Below are positions 26,899 to 34,021 of a DNA stretch of 41,007 nt, piece by piece; positions within the stretch are counted from its first letter, which is position 1; each line of letters begins with the position of its first letter. The translations under genes were made by a program, and so were the position numbers. Under the pieces are notes generated by a model. It ran no database searches, had not been told where the DNA came from, and saw only the letters and a program-made list of their open reading frames with translations. Source of the DNA: a virus; UHGV virus genome UHGV-0067929; one strand, given 5' to 3'.

Positions 26899-29373
26899 AT
26901 GAGACAGGAATGTATACAAGCGGTCCAGCAGGCGGCGCAGCGCACGTTAACGGCGCGAGAAATACAGAACATTGAAGACCGCATTTATCGAAATATGCGC
27001 TCCATTGCTCGTGATGACCCGATGTCGTGGAGACAACTTTCCGAATCAGAGCGGCTATATCGAGCAGCACAATTGGCATCTGAAGAATTACAGCGAGAAG
27101 CGGCATTAAAGAAACGTCGTGTGGCTCTCACTATAGCCGCGCGTCAGAGATTGGATAAATTTATCAATAGCTATCAAGGGGCTGATGGGAAACTTGGAGC
27201 TCTTAACCGTACTATAGCTTTTAATGCAGACGGTAAATCTAATTTCCTCTCTGTTGAATCCAGAACAAAAGCCACCCGTGATTATGCATTGAGTCAATTG
27301 CAGGAGGCATTCGAAGCAGTTGATCCTCGCTTTTTTGGTCTGTTTGAAGATGAAGCGGGCGTACGTGACCTGGTATATGAAATGCGGGGGCAAAATACTG
27401 GCAATGCTAAAGCAAGAAAAGGTGCTAAGGCGTGGAGAGAAGTTACAGAGCTGCTGCGCCGCCGGTTTAATGATGCTGGTGGGGACATTGGCTATCTCGA
27501 AAACTGGGGGATCCCTCAACATCATTCTATGGAAAAGGTTGGGGCGGTATCAAAGGATAAGTGGGTTGGCGATGTTATAGGTAAGCTGGATCGCAAATAT
27601 TATACCCGAGCCGATGGACAACTGATGAACGATGCCGAGTTGTCTGCATTTCTTGGAGAGGCTTATAACACGATCGCTACTGGTGGGCTGAATAAGCTTA
27701 CTGATACCGGAATGCGAATTTCCGGCGCACGTGCTAACCGTGGTAATGCATCACGACAGATACATTTCAAAGATGCAGATTCCTATCTCCAATATCAACA
27801 ACTTTATGGTGATCGCTCTCTATGGGAAATCATGGTCGGTCACTTGGAAGGTATCAGTAAAGATATTGCTCTGGTGGAAACATATGGTCCAAACCCCGAT
27901 CATGTTTTCCGCTCCCTTCTTGATCAGGTTAAGGCAGAAACGGCAACAGCTAACCCGAGTAAAACCGGTAGCGTCGAGCGTCTGGCGAACAAAACAGAGA
28001 ACTTGTACAACTTTATTTCCGGAAAAACACAGCCTGTAGCGAATCCGCACATCGCGCGATGGTCTGACAATATCCGCAACTGGCTGGTTGCCAGCAGACT
28101 CGGATCCGCGTTGCTGTCATCGTTCTCTGATCTTGGAACCATGTATCTGTCTGCGAAGGTTACCAACCTTCCAATGAACCAGTTATTTCGCAACCAGCTT
28201 GAAGCTATGGACCCAACGAACCGTACTGAGCTTGCGCGGGCGCGCCGCGCTGGCCTGGCGATGGAATCTCTACTTGGCAGCGTTAACCGCTGGGCGATGG
28301 ATAATATGGGGCCGTCTGTGTCTCGTTGGGCGGCAACGGCGGTAATGCGTGCCAGTGGGCTTACAGCATGGTCAGATGCGCACAAGCGCGCCTATGGCGT
28401 AACCATGATGGGAAGCCTGGGAGAAGTAGTGTCACGGACACCAGACCTTCGTAGCCTCGATGACTCTGATTTTCGTATCCTGAAAAGTAAAGGGATTACT
28501 GACACAGACTGGAGCGTATGGAAGCTGGCGCAACAGGAGGACTGGGGGAACGGTAATAATACGATGCTGACACCGGAAAGCATTATGCGTATCCCTGATT
28601 CAGCAGTTAAACATCTTGGTGAGCCTGAACGCGTGAAATTTGAGGCAATGCGTAAACTGCTCGGTGCCGTAACTGAAGAAGTTGATATGGCTGTTATTAC
28701 ACCGGGCGCACGTGAGCAGATGTTCGTAGGGTCTGGTCTTCAGCGTGGAACATGGAAAGGTGAATTAACGAGAAGTGTTTTCCTGTTTAAATCGTTCCCT
28801 ATCTCGGTTGTTATGCGTCACTGGTCACGCGCTATGGGTATGCCGTCTGCTGGTGGGCGTGCAGCATATATAGCAACGTTTTTAGCAAGCACAACCATGC
28901 TTGGTGCTCTTTCCATGCAGATTACTGATCTTATTAATGGGAGAAATCCAAAGGAAATGACCGGTGACCACATGGTTAAATTCTGGATAAATGCATTTTT
29001 AAAAGGTGGCGGGGCTGGGTTGTACGGTGATTTTCTTTTCTCTGACCACACTAGGTACGGGAGCGGCGCGCTGGCGTCGATGCTTGGCCCGGTAGCTGGT
29101 CTGGTTGATGACGTAGTGAAGATAGCTCAGGGCATACCGCTAAATGCTGTGGAAGGGAAGAGTGAGCAGACTGGTGGTGATCTGGTTAAGCTGGGGAAGG
29201 GGCTGATGCCAGGTGCGAATCTCTGGTACTTGAAGGCGGCTCTCGATCATATGATCTTTAACCAGATGCAGGAGTATTTTTCACCAGGCTATTTGCGTAA
29301 AATGGAGCAACGTTCGAAGAAAGAGTTTAACCAGACATACTGGTGGCGACCTCAGGATGTCACTCCGCAATAA
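26899..29373 (+). CDS. internal virion / DNA-ejection protein
   Basis: 824 aa, last gene of the ejection-protein block. Confidence 0.45.
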   Translation: MRQECIQAVQQAAQRTLTAREIQNIEDRIYRNMRSIARDDPMSWRQLSESERLYRAAQLASEELQREAALKKRRVALTIAARQRLDKFINSYQGADGKLGALNRTIAFNADGKSNFLSVESRTKATRDYALSQLQEAFEAVDPRFFGLFEDEAGVRDLVYEMRGQNTGNAKARKGAKAWREVTELLRRRFNDAGGDIGYLENWGIPQHHSMEKVGAVSKDKWVGDVIGKLDRKYYTRADGQLMNDAELSAFLGEAYNTIATGGLNKLTDTGMRISGARANRGNASRQIHFKDADSYLQYQQLYGDRSLWEIMVGHLEGISKDIALVETYGPNPDHVFRSLLDQVKAETATANPSKTGSVERLANKTENLYNFISGKTQPVANPHIARWSDNIRNWLVASRLGSALLSSFSDLGTMYLSAKVTNLPMNQLFRNQLEAMDPTNRTELARARRAGLAMESLLGSVNRWAMDNMGPSVSRWAATAVMRASGLTAWSDAHKRAYGVTMMGSLGEVVSRTPDLRSLDDSDFRILKSKGITDTDWSVWKLAQQEDWGNGNNTMLTPESIMRIPDSAVKHLGEPERVKFEAMRKLLGAVTEEVDMAVITPGAREQMFVGSGLQRGTWKGELTRSVFLFKSFPISVVMRHWSRAMGMPSAGGRAAYIATFLASTTMLGALSMQITDLINGRNPKEMTGDHMVKFWINAFLKGGGAGLYGDFLFSDHTRYGSGALASMLGPVAGLVDDVVKIAQGIPLNAVEGKSEQTGGDLVKLGKGLMPGANLWYLKAALDHMIFNQMQEYFSPGYLRKMEQRSKKEFNQTYWWRPQDVTPQ

Positions 29374-29382
29374 GGAACAACA

Positions 29383-29796
29383 ATGAAGGAATTATTGCTG
29401 TTATCGGTATTTTTGATATCCGCTTGCTCGACATCCTATGATGTTTATGACGGTGTTGATAAGGCATATTGCGACAAAGTTAAAATGGATTTTTCTCTTG
29501 CCAAGACGGCGAAGGATAGTTGTATTGATCACTACGTCAAGACTTATACCAAGCCAGCATCATCGGCATCTGATATTGCTGAAGGTGCTGTGTTTGAGTG
29601 TAACAAGGTGATATCCATCGCAGCGAGTTCTTCATACGATGCTGCTGTATGTGCAATGGCTGAAAGAAACGGCATGTCAGTGCAAAAAGTTAATAGCATG
29701 ATAAACAGTAATGACGAAGCCAAAATAAGAACTGATATCAGCTCGGTGAAAAAAGATGCCATGAACAGAGTTGTAAAATATCAGTCATCTTTATAA
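29383..29796 (+). CDS. lipoprotein (moron; candidate superinfection-exclusion factor)
   Basis: Signal peptide with lipobox LISAC; low GC compared with flanks; five further Cys in mature part. Confidence 0.6.
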   Translation: MKELLLLSVFLISACSTSYDVYDGVDKAYCDKVKMDFSLAKTAKDSCIDHYVKTYTKPASSASDIAEGAVFECNKVISIAASSSYDAAVCAMAERNGMSVQKVNSMINSNDEAKIRTDISSVKKDAMNRVVKYQSSL

Positions 29797-29799
29797 GTC

Positions 29800-29811
29800 G
29801 TGACATGTCAC
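29800..29811. repeat. 12-bp perfect palindrome GTGACATGTCAC (copy c)
   Basis: Junction between lipoprotein gene and Bro island, next to terminator hairpin. Confidence 0.6.
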
Positions 29812-29812
29812 A

Positions 29813-29835
29813 GGCCGCAAAAGCGGCCTTGTTTT
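29813..29835 (+). terminator. intrinsic terminator after lipoprotein gene
   Basis: GGCCGC-AAAA-GCGGCC then TTGTTTT. Confidence 0.6.
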
Positions 29836-29853
29836 AACGAATGCCACCGCCCG

Positions 29854-30540
29854 TCAGAAGAACCCTGCTTTGTCGTTGATGTACTCCGCGTGCGTCTGGA
29901 TATCACGCAGGCATTTGTTCACACCGACGATGTAGCAGAACATGGTGGTCAACTCCGCCGCCGCGCCCGATACGTCGTGCCCGTCGTCCTGTAACTGGTT
30001 CAGCAGATTCATCAGCAGTGAGTTCTCCGTCAGGCCGAGAACACCAGACGGCGAGTGAATCAGGCTGCGGTAGCCGGGCTTCAGTGGGGCGCTGTAGGTT
30101 TTGTTCTCTATCTTCATTGCCTGCATCACTGCTGATGCTGTGGCGTTGGCTACTTGGTCGGCAACCATCTTTATGCGTTCTTCCTGCGGGAGCGAGTTTT
30201 TAATGTAACTTCCGGTGCGGCGGATCTGAGGAAGAACCTCACCTGTAACCCATTTACGAAAGCGGTATGGGATAGTGCCTGGTGTCACCGCATCGCGGCA
30301 GCGGAGGATCAGTGTGTAGAGGCCTGACTCGTTGATAATATTGGTTTCGCCTTGACGGCCTAAGTTAAATTTAGCCCTTTCATCATCATCAAGAGATTTT
30401 ATTGACATAGTGGGGTTTGTCAGTTGAAGAGCTTTAATAACGTCTTTGGCAACAAACCAAGGATTTCCATCAATAACAATGGCTCGAATGGTTGCTTCTG
30501 ATTCAAAATGAAAAACAGATGGGGTTACGTTAGCAGTCAT
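29854..30540 (-). CDS. Bro-N domain antirepressor-like protein, paralogue 1
   Basis: Start set to ATG 30540 by alignment with paralogues (MTANVTPSVFHFE...IRAIVIDGNPWFVAKDV Bro-N signature); constant C-terminal module shared with 31767-32459 and 33543-34238. Confidence 0.75.
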   Translation of the reverse strand: MTANVTPSVFHFESEATIRAIVIDGNPWFVAKDVIKALQLTNPTMSIKSLDDDERAKFNLGRQGETNIINESGLYTLILRCRDAVTPGTIPYRFRKWVTGEVLPQIRRTGSYIKNSLPQEERIKMVADQVANATASAVMQAMKIENKTYSAPLKPGYRSLIHSPSGVLGLTENSLLMNLLNQLQDDGHDVSGAAAELTTMFCYIVGVNKCLRDIQTHAEYINDKAGFF

Positions 30541-30770
30541 AGTGATCACCTTTGTAGTTAGGTTAATCACCACTACCGACGCCAATCGGTTGGTGGTGAA
30601 CTGTGCAGGGTTGGCGTAACCGGCTACAAAGGACCCGGCGCACCTTTCGGTGCCCCCACACAGCCCACCATAGAATAGGTGCGCTTTACACATAAAAAAA
30701 CCGCTTATGCGGCATATGTGCCTCTGTAGTAATCCGGGACGCCAATCCCGGCACTGGATTTTGCCAGTGC
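30541..30770 (-). ncRNA. structured leader RNA of Bro paralogue 1 (candidate c4-like regulatory RNA)
   Basis: Reverse-complement copy of the same leader; elements at 30721-30729 (mimic), 30624-30632 (anti-SD), 30549-30557 (SD). Confidence 0.45.
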
Positions 30771-30805
30771 CCGATTACTATGGCACAAGAGGAGTGCGAT
30801 GTAAA

Positions 30806-30822
30806 TTTACCGCAAGGGTAAT
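30806..30822. promoter_or_regulatory. operator-like palindrome TTTACCGCAAGGGTAAT at Bro paralogue 1 leader promoter
   Basis: Abuts -35 TTTACA (minus strand). Confidence 0.5.
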
Positions 30823-30968
30823 AATAGACACAGGTGGATATTAAAATCAACCATATTTGGTTAAGGTGTATAAAAGAGCCACCAGCGAGAAATTGTACCG
30901 CGATGTAAAATAACGAGCATCTGCTGGCTTACAACCAGCGATGTTTCAAATTTGTCACTACTATCAAC

Positions 30969-31367
30969 GTGCCATTCCACGGCGCAGAACTTTATGTTGT
31001 CAATCACAACGGAGAACCGTACACCCCAATGAAACCTATCGTTGAGGGAATGGGTATGGATTGGGCTGCTCAATTTGTTAAATTAAAACAGAGATTTGTC
31101 AAAGGTATTTCGGAAATCGAAATACCTTCTGCTGGCGGTAAACAGTTAATGATATGCCTTGCCTTTCGTAAGTTTGCGGCTTGGCTTTCAAGCATTCAGC
31201 CAAACAAAGTCCGTCCTGAAATCCGCGACAAGGTAATCCAGTATCAGGAAGAGTGTGACGATGTGCTCTACGAGTACTGGACTAAAGGCCATGTGGTTAA
31301 CCCACGCAAAGCTAAAAAGGCGTTGCCGGGTAAAATAACCACTGAACAGCAGGAGGTTTACACTTAA
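30969..31367 (+). CDS. phage antirepressor-like domain protein (Ant N-terminal-type), possibly 5'-truncated
   Basis: FHGAELYVVNHNGEPYTPMKPIVEGMGMDW...RKFAAWL...QEECDDVLYEYW; only a GTG start with no SD, no in-frame ATG upstream. Confidence 0.4.
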   Translation: MPFHGAELYVVNHNGEPYTPMKPIVEGMGMDWAAQFVKLKQRFVKGISEIEIPSAGGKQLMICLAFRKFAAWLSSIQPNKVRPEIRDKVIQYQEECDDVLYEYWTKGHVVNPRKAKKALPGKITTEQQEVYT

Positions 31368-31391
31368 CACTTGATTACATTAACACAAAAT

Positions 31392-31408
31392 ATTACCTTA
31401 AAGGTAAT
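31392..31408. promoter_or_regulatory. operator-like palindrome ATTACCTTAAAGGTAAT
   Basis: Perfect arms. Confidence 0.55.
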
Positions 31409-31484
31409 ATCTTGCTTTCAGGTGATCAAGCGTTAAACGCAATCAACCAAATACGGTTGATTTTAATGTTTCTTCGCGCTTATC

Positions 31485-31501
31485 ATTACCTTTACGGTAA
31501 A
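31485..31501. promoter_or_regulatory. operator-like palindrome ATTACCTTTACGGTAAA at Bro paralogue 2 leader promoter
   Basis: Abuts -35 TTTACA at 31502-31507. Confidence 0.55.
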
Positions 31502-31530
31502 TTTACATCGCACTCCTCTTGTGCCATAGT
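31502..31530 (+). promoter_or_regulatory. sigma70-like promoter of Bro paralogue 2 leader
   Basis: TTTACA - 17 nt - (TGc)CATAGT extended -10. Confidence 0.45.
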
Positions 31531-31536
31531 AATCGG

Positions 31537-31766
31537 GCACTGGCAAAATCCAGTGCCGGGATTGGCGTCCCGGATTACTACAGAGGCACATATGCCGCAT
31601 AAGCGGTTTTTTTATGTGTAAAGCGCACCTATTCTATGGTGGGCTGTGTGGGGGCACCGAAAGGTGCGCCGGGTCCTTTGTAGCCGGTAAGACCAACTCT
31701 GCACAGTTCACCACCATCTGATTGGTCTCAGCGGTGGTGATTAACCTAACTACAAAGGTGATCGCC
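31537..31766 (+). ncRNA. structured leader RNA of Bro paralogue 2 (candidate c4-like regulatory RNA)
   Basis: From predicted TSS: two GC hairpins (31536-31573), SD mimic CTACAGAGG (31578-31586), hairpin+U7 (31594-31613), GAAA-capped hairpin (31654-31667), anti-SD CCTTTGTAG in a loop (31675-31683), 8-bp hairpin (31708-31740), SD CTACAAAGG (31750-31758). Confidence 0.45.
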
Positions 31767-32459
31767 ATGAATACCAAACCTTCCATCTTTTCCTTTGAGT
31801 CATCCTGCCAGATCCGTATGTTCATGATTGACGGAGAACCTTGGTTTGTCACCAAAGATGTGTGCAATGCTTTGAATATTGATGTTACACAAGCGAGAAA
31901 ACTTGATAAAAAAGGCTGGAACAAAAAGGGGCTGTATTCAATACAGACCCCTGGTGGAATACAAGAACTATCCATAGTTTCAGAATCAGGTCTCTACATC
32001 CTTATTCTGCGTTGCAAAGAGGCAATGACTGAGGGAACGAGAGCATTCAGATTTCTTGAATGGGTTACAGGTGAGGTTCTTCCTCAGATCCGCCGCACCG
32101 GAAGTTACATTAAAAACTCGCTCCCGCAGGAAGAACGCATAAAGATGGTTGCCGACCAAGTAGCCAACGCCACAGCATCAGCAGTGATGCAGGCAATGAA
32201 GATAGAGAACAAAACCTACAGCGCCCCACTGAAGCCCGGCTACCGCAGCCTGATTCACTCGCCGTCTGGTGTTCTCGGCCTGACGGAGAACTCACTGCTG
32301 ATGAATCTGCTGAACCAGTTACAGGACGACGGGCACGACGTATCGGGCGCGGCGGCGGAGCTGACCACCATGTTCTGTTACATCGTCGGTGTGAGCAAGT
32401 GCCTGCGTGATATCCAGACCCACGCGGAGTACATCAACGACAAGGCAGGGTTCTTCTGA
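31767..32459 (+). CDS. Bro-N domain antirepressor-like protein, paralogue 2
   Basis: MNTKPSIFSFESSCQIRMFMIDGEPWFVTKDV Bro-N signature; SD CTACAAAGG 9 nt upstream; C-terminal ~145 aa near-identical to paralogues. Confidence 0.75.
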   Translation: MNTKPSIFSFESSCQIRMFMIDGEPWFVTKDVCNALNIDVTQARKLDKKGWNKKGLYSIQTPGGIQELSIVSESGLYILILRCKEAMTEGTRAFRFLEWVTGEVLPQIRRTGSYIKNSLPQEERIKMVADQVANATASAVMQAMKIENKTYSAPLKPGYRSLIHSPSGVLGLTENSLLMNLLNQLQDDGHDVSGAAAELTTMFCYIVGVSKCLRDIQTHAEYINDKAGFF

Positions 32460-32495
32460 CGGCGGCGGCACAGGGATGTGCCTTTAAATAATCCT
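32063..32495 (+). repeat. ~0.43-kb repeat R2 (3' half of Bro paralogue 2), inverted relative to R1/R3
   Basis: Reverse complement of 33543-33960 region with few mismatches. Confidence 0.8.
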
Positions 32496-32529
32496 GTACG
32501 ATTGCAGACCGGGGGGTGAATAGAGTACT

Positions 32530-32546
32530 ATTACCTTACGGGTGAT
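32530..32546. promoter_or_regulatory. operator-like site ATTACCTTACGGGTGAT
   Basis: Upstream of leader peptide/membrane protein unit. Confidence 0.45.
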
Positions 32547-32582
32547 CCATAGCGATTAGGCACCGATACAGGAGGAGCCCAC

Positions 32583-32615
32583 ATGAGAAAATTTGACGAG
32601 TACGAAGGCGTTTAA
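32583..32615 (+). CDS. candidate 10-codon leader peptide (MRKFDEYEGV)
   Basis: ATG 5 nt after GGAGGAG, stop 18 nt before an 8-bp GC hairpin with U-tract. Confidence 0.3.
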   Translation: MRKFDEYEGV

Positions 32616-32633
32616 CATTCGGATAGTTTAATG

Positions 32634-32657
32634 ACGGGGCCATCAGGCCCCGTTTTC
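32634..32657 (+). terminator. attenuator-like hairpin between leader peptide and membrane protein gene
   Basis: ACGGGGCC-ATCA-GGCCCCGT then TTTTC. Confidence 0.5.
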
Positions 32658-32674
32658 ATGTCTGGAGACAGTTT

Positions 32675-33214
32675 GTGTTAAGTGAAGAAATGCAATTTGC
32701 CATGGCTGTGGCTCAAATCGTAAGTGCAGTCGCGGTTTCGCTTGGCTTGTTCATAGCTATCGCTACTATTATTTATAATGTAAATACAGCGAGAAAAGTA
32801 CACACTTCAGTATTCCTTGGTGAAAGCAGGTTTGATGTAGATTATAAGAAAGGCCTATCTACTATGCGCCGCATTCACGAGTCGAACAAATCATTCCGCT
32901 CTTATATGTATCCAAGCAATGGGCAGGCTGATCTTACGGATGAAGAAAAGATAGAGAAGAGAGAAATAATTTACTGTCTAGGTTTCTACGAACGCATGGC
33001 TGTGAGCGTGAAGCGGAAAACTTATGATGAGACCATGATTAAGGAAGTATTTTACAGCTCCGTTGTAAATAACTATCAGATTGCGCTACCTCTTATACAA
33101 GCTATTAGAGAAAAAGAAAACATAAACACATATTTTAAAGAATATGAATGGTTGGCCACACGATGGAAGGATTGTCCATTGAAGGATAAATCCCCGTGGT
33201 ACAAGTTTTGGTAA
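32675..33214 (+). CDS. membrane-anchored protein of unknown function (AT-rich moron)
   Basis: N-terminal hydrophobic helix (AMAVAQIVSAVAVSLGLFIAIATIIY) then ~140-aa soluble domain; markedly AT-rich coding region; followed by terminator. Confidence 0.6.
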   Translation: MLSEEMQFAMAVAQIVSAVAVSLGLFIAIATIIYNVNTARKVHTSVFLGESRFDVDYKKGLSTMRRIHESNKSFRSYMYPSNGQADLTDEEKIEKREIIYCLGFYERMAVSVKRKTYDETMIKEVFYSSVVNNYQIALPLIQAIREKENINTYFKEYEWLATRWKDCPLKDKSPWYKFW

Positions 33215-33236
33215 GCCCGCAGCGCGGGCTTTTTTG
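33215..33236 (+). terminator. intrinsic terminator after membrane protein gene
   Basis: GCCCGC..GCGGGC then TTTTTTG. Confidence 0.6.
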
Positions 33237-33307
33237 TGGATGAAACAAAAGTCAGTGCTACACTCATTGACGCCACATTGAGATGGCTTATAGATGGAAA
33301 TCTCACA

Positions 33308-33469
33308 ATGAAAAAAGCATTTGCTGCACTGTTCGTTTTGTTGTCTCTGGTGGCTTCAACTCAGGCCTCTGCTGGTCGTTGTCAGCACGACAGCGACACT
33401 GCTGCTGACGGCTCCCGCTGCGGCGGGCGTTCTGCGGATTCCCGCCCGGGTGGCGGTGGCATTCGTTAA
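33308..33469 (+). CDS. small secreted Cys-containing peptide (53-aa precursor)
   Basis: Canonical signal peptide MKKAFAALFVLLSLVASTQASA with AxA site; promoter-like TTGACG-N16-TATAGA upstream. Confidence 0.45.
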   Translation: MKKAFAALFVLLSLVASTQASAGRCQHDSDTAADGSRCGGRSADSRPGGGGIR

Positions 33470-33491
33470 AAACAAGGCCGCGAAAGCGGCC
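33468..33491 (-). terminator. terminator downstream of Bro paralogue 3
   Basis: GGCCGC-GAAA-GCGGCC followed on minus strand by TTGTTTTT. Confidence 0.5.
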
Positions 33492-34021
33492 TGTGACATG
33501 TCACGATAGTTCCGTTTTGCACATCCCTGTGCCGCCGTTCTGTCAGAAGAACCCTGCCTTGTCGTTGATGTACTCCGCGTGGGTCTGGATATCACGCAGG
33601 CACTTGCTCACACCGACGATGTAACAGAACATGGTGGTCAGCTCCGCCGCCGCGCCCGATACGTCGTGCCCGTCGTCCTGTAACTGGTTCAGCAGATTCA
33701 TCAGCAGTGAGTTCTCCGTCAGGCCGAGAACACCAGACGGCGAGTGAATCAGGCTGCGGTAGCCGGGCTTCAGTGGGGCGCTGTAGGTTTTGTTCTCTAT
33801 CTTCATTGCCTGCATCACTGCTGATGCTGTGGCGTTGGCTACTTGGTCGGCAACCATCTTTATGCGTTCTTCCTGCGGGAGCGAGTTTTTAATGTAACTT
33901 CCGGTGCGGCGGATCTGAGGAAGAACCTCACCTGTAACCCATTTACGAAAGCGGTAGGGGATAGTTCCTGGTGTCACAGCATCGCGGCAGCGGAGGATCA
34001 GTGTGTAGAGGCCTGACTCGG
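33492..34021 (-). repeat. ~0.5-kb repeat R3 (3' half and 3' UTR of Bro paralogue 3)
   Basis: Direct repeat of R1, 3.7 kb apart. Confidence 0.8.
33493..33504. repeat. 12-bp perfect palindrome GTGACATGTCAC (copy d)
   Basis: Other flank of the Bro island core, next to terminator hairpin. Confidence 0.6.

Larger units (their letters stand above)
29800..30331 (-). repeat. ~0.5-kb repeat R1 (3' half and 3' UTR of Bro paralogue 1)
   Basis: Near-identical to 33492-34021 (direct) and to 32063-32495 (inverted). Confidence 0.8.

Noticed and set aside
29800-29812. Reading TGTGACATGTCACA as a CRP binding site
   Set aside because: CRP half-sites TGTGA/TCACA are separated by 6 bp; here the spacer is 4 bp
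29854-30693. 279-aa track ORF extending the Bro paralogue 1 gene 51 codons upstream
   Set aside because: The extension runs through the conserved non-coding leader; the paralogues and the SD position support ATG 30540 as the start
30541-30830. LexA box (CTGT-N8-ACAG) in the antirepressor leaders
   Set aside because: No match found by eye in any of the three leaders; regulation appears to be by the ATTACC-N5-GGTAAT sites and the RNA triad instead
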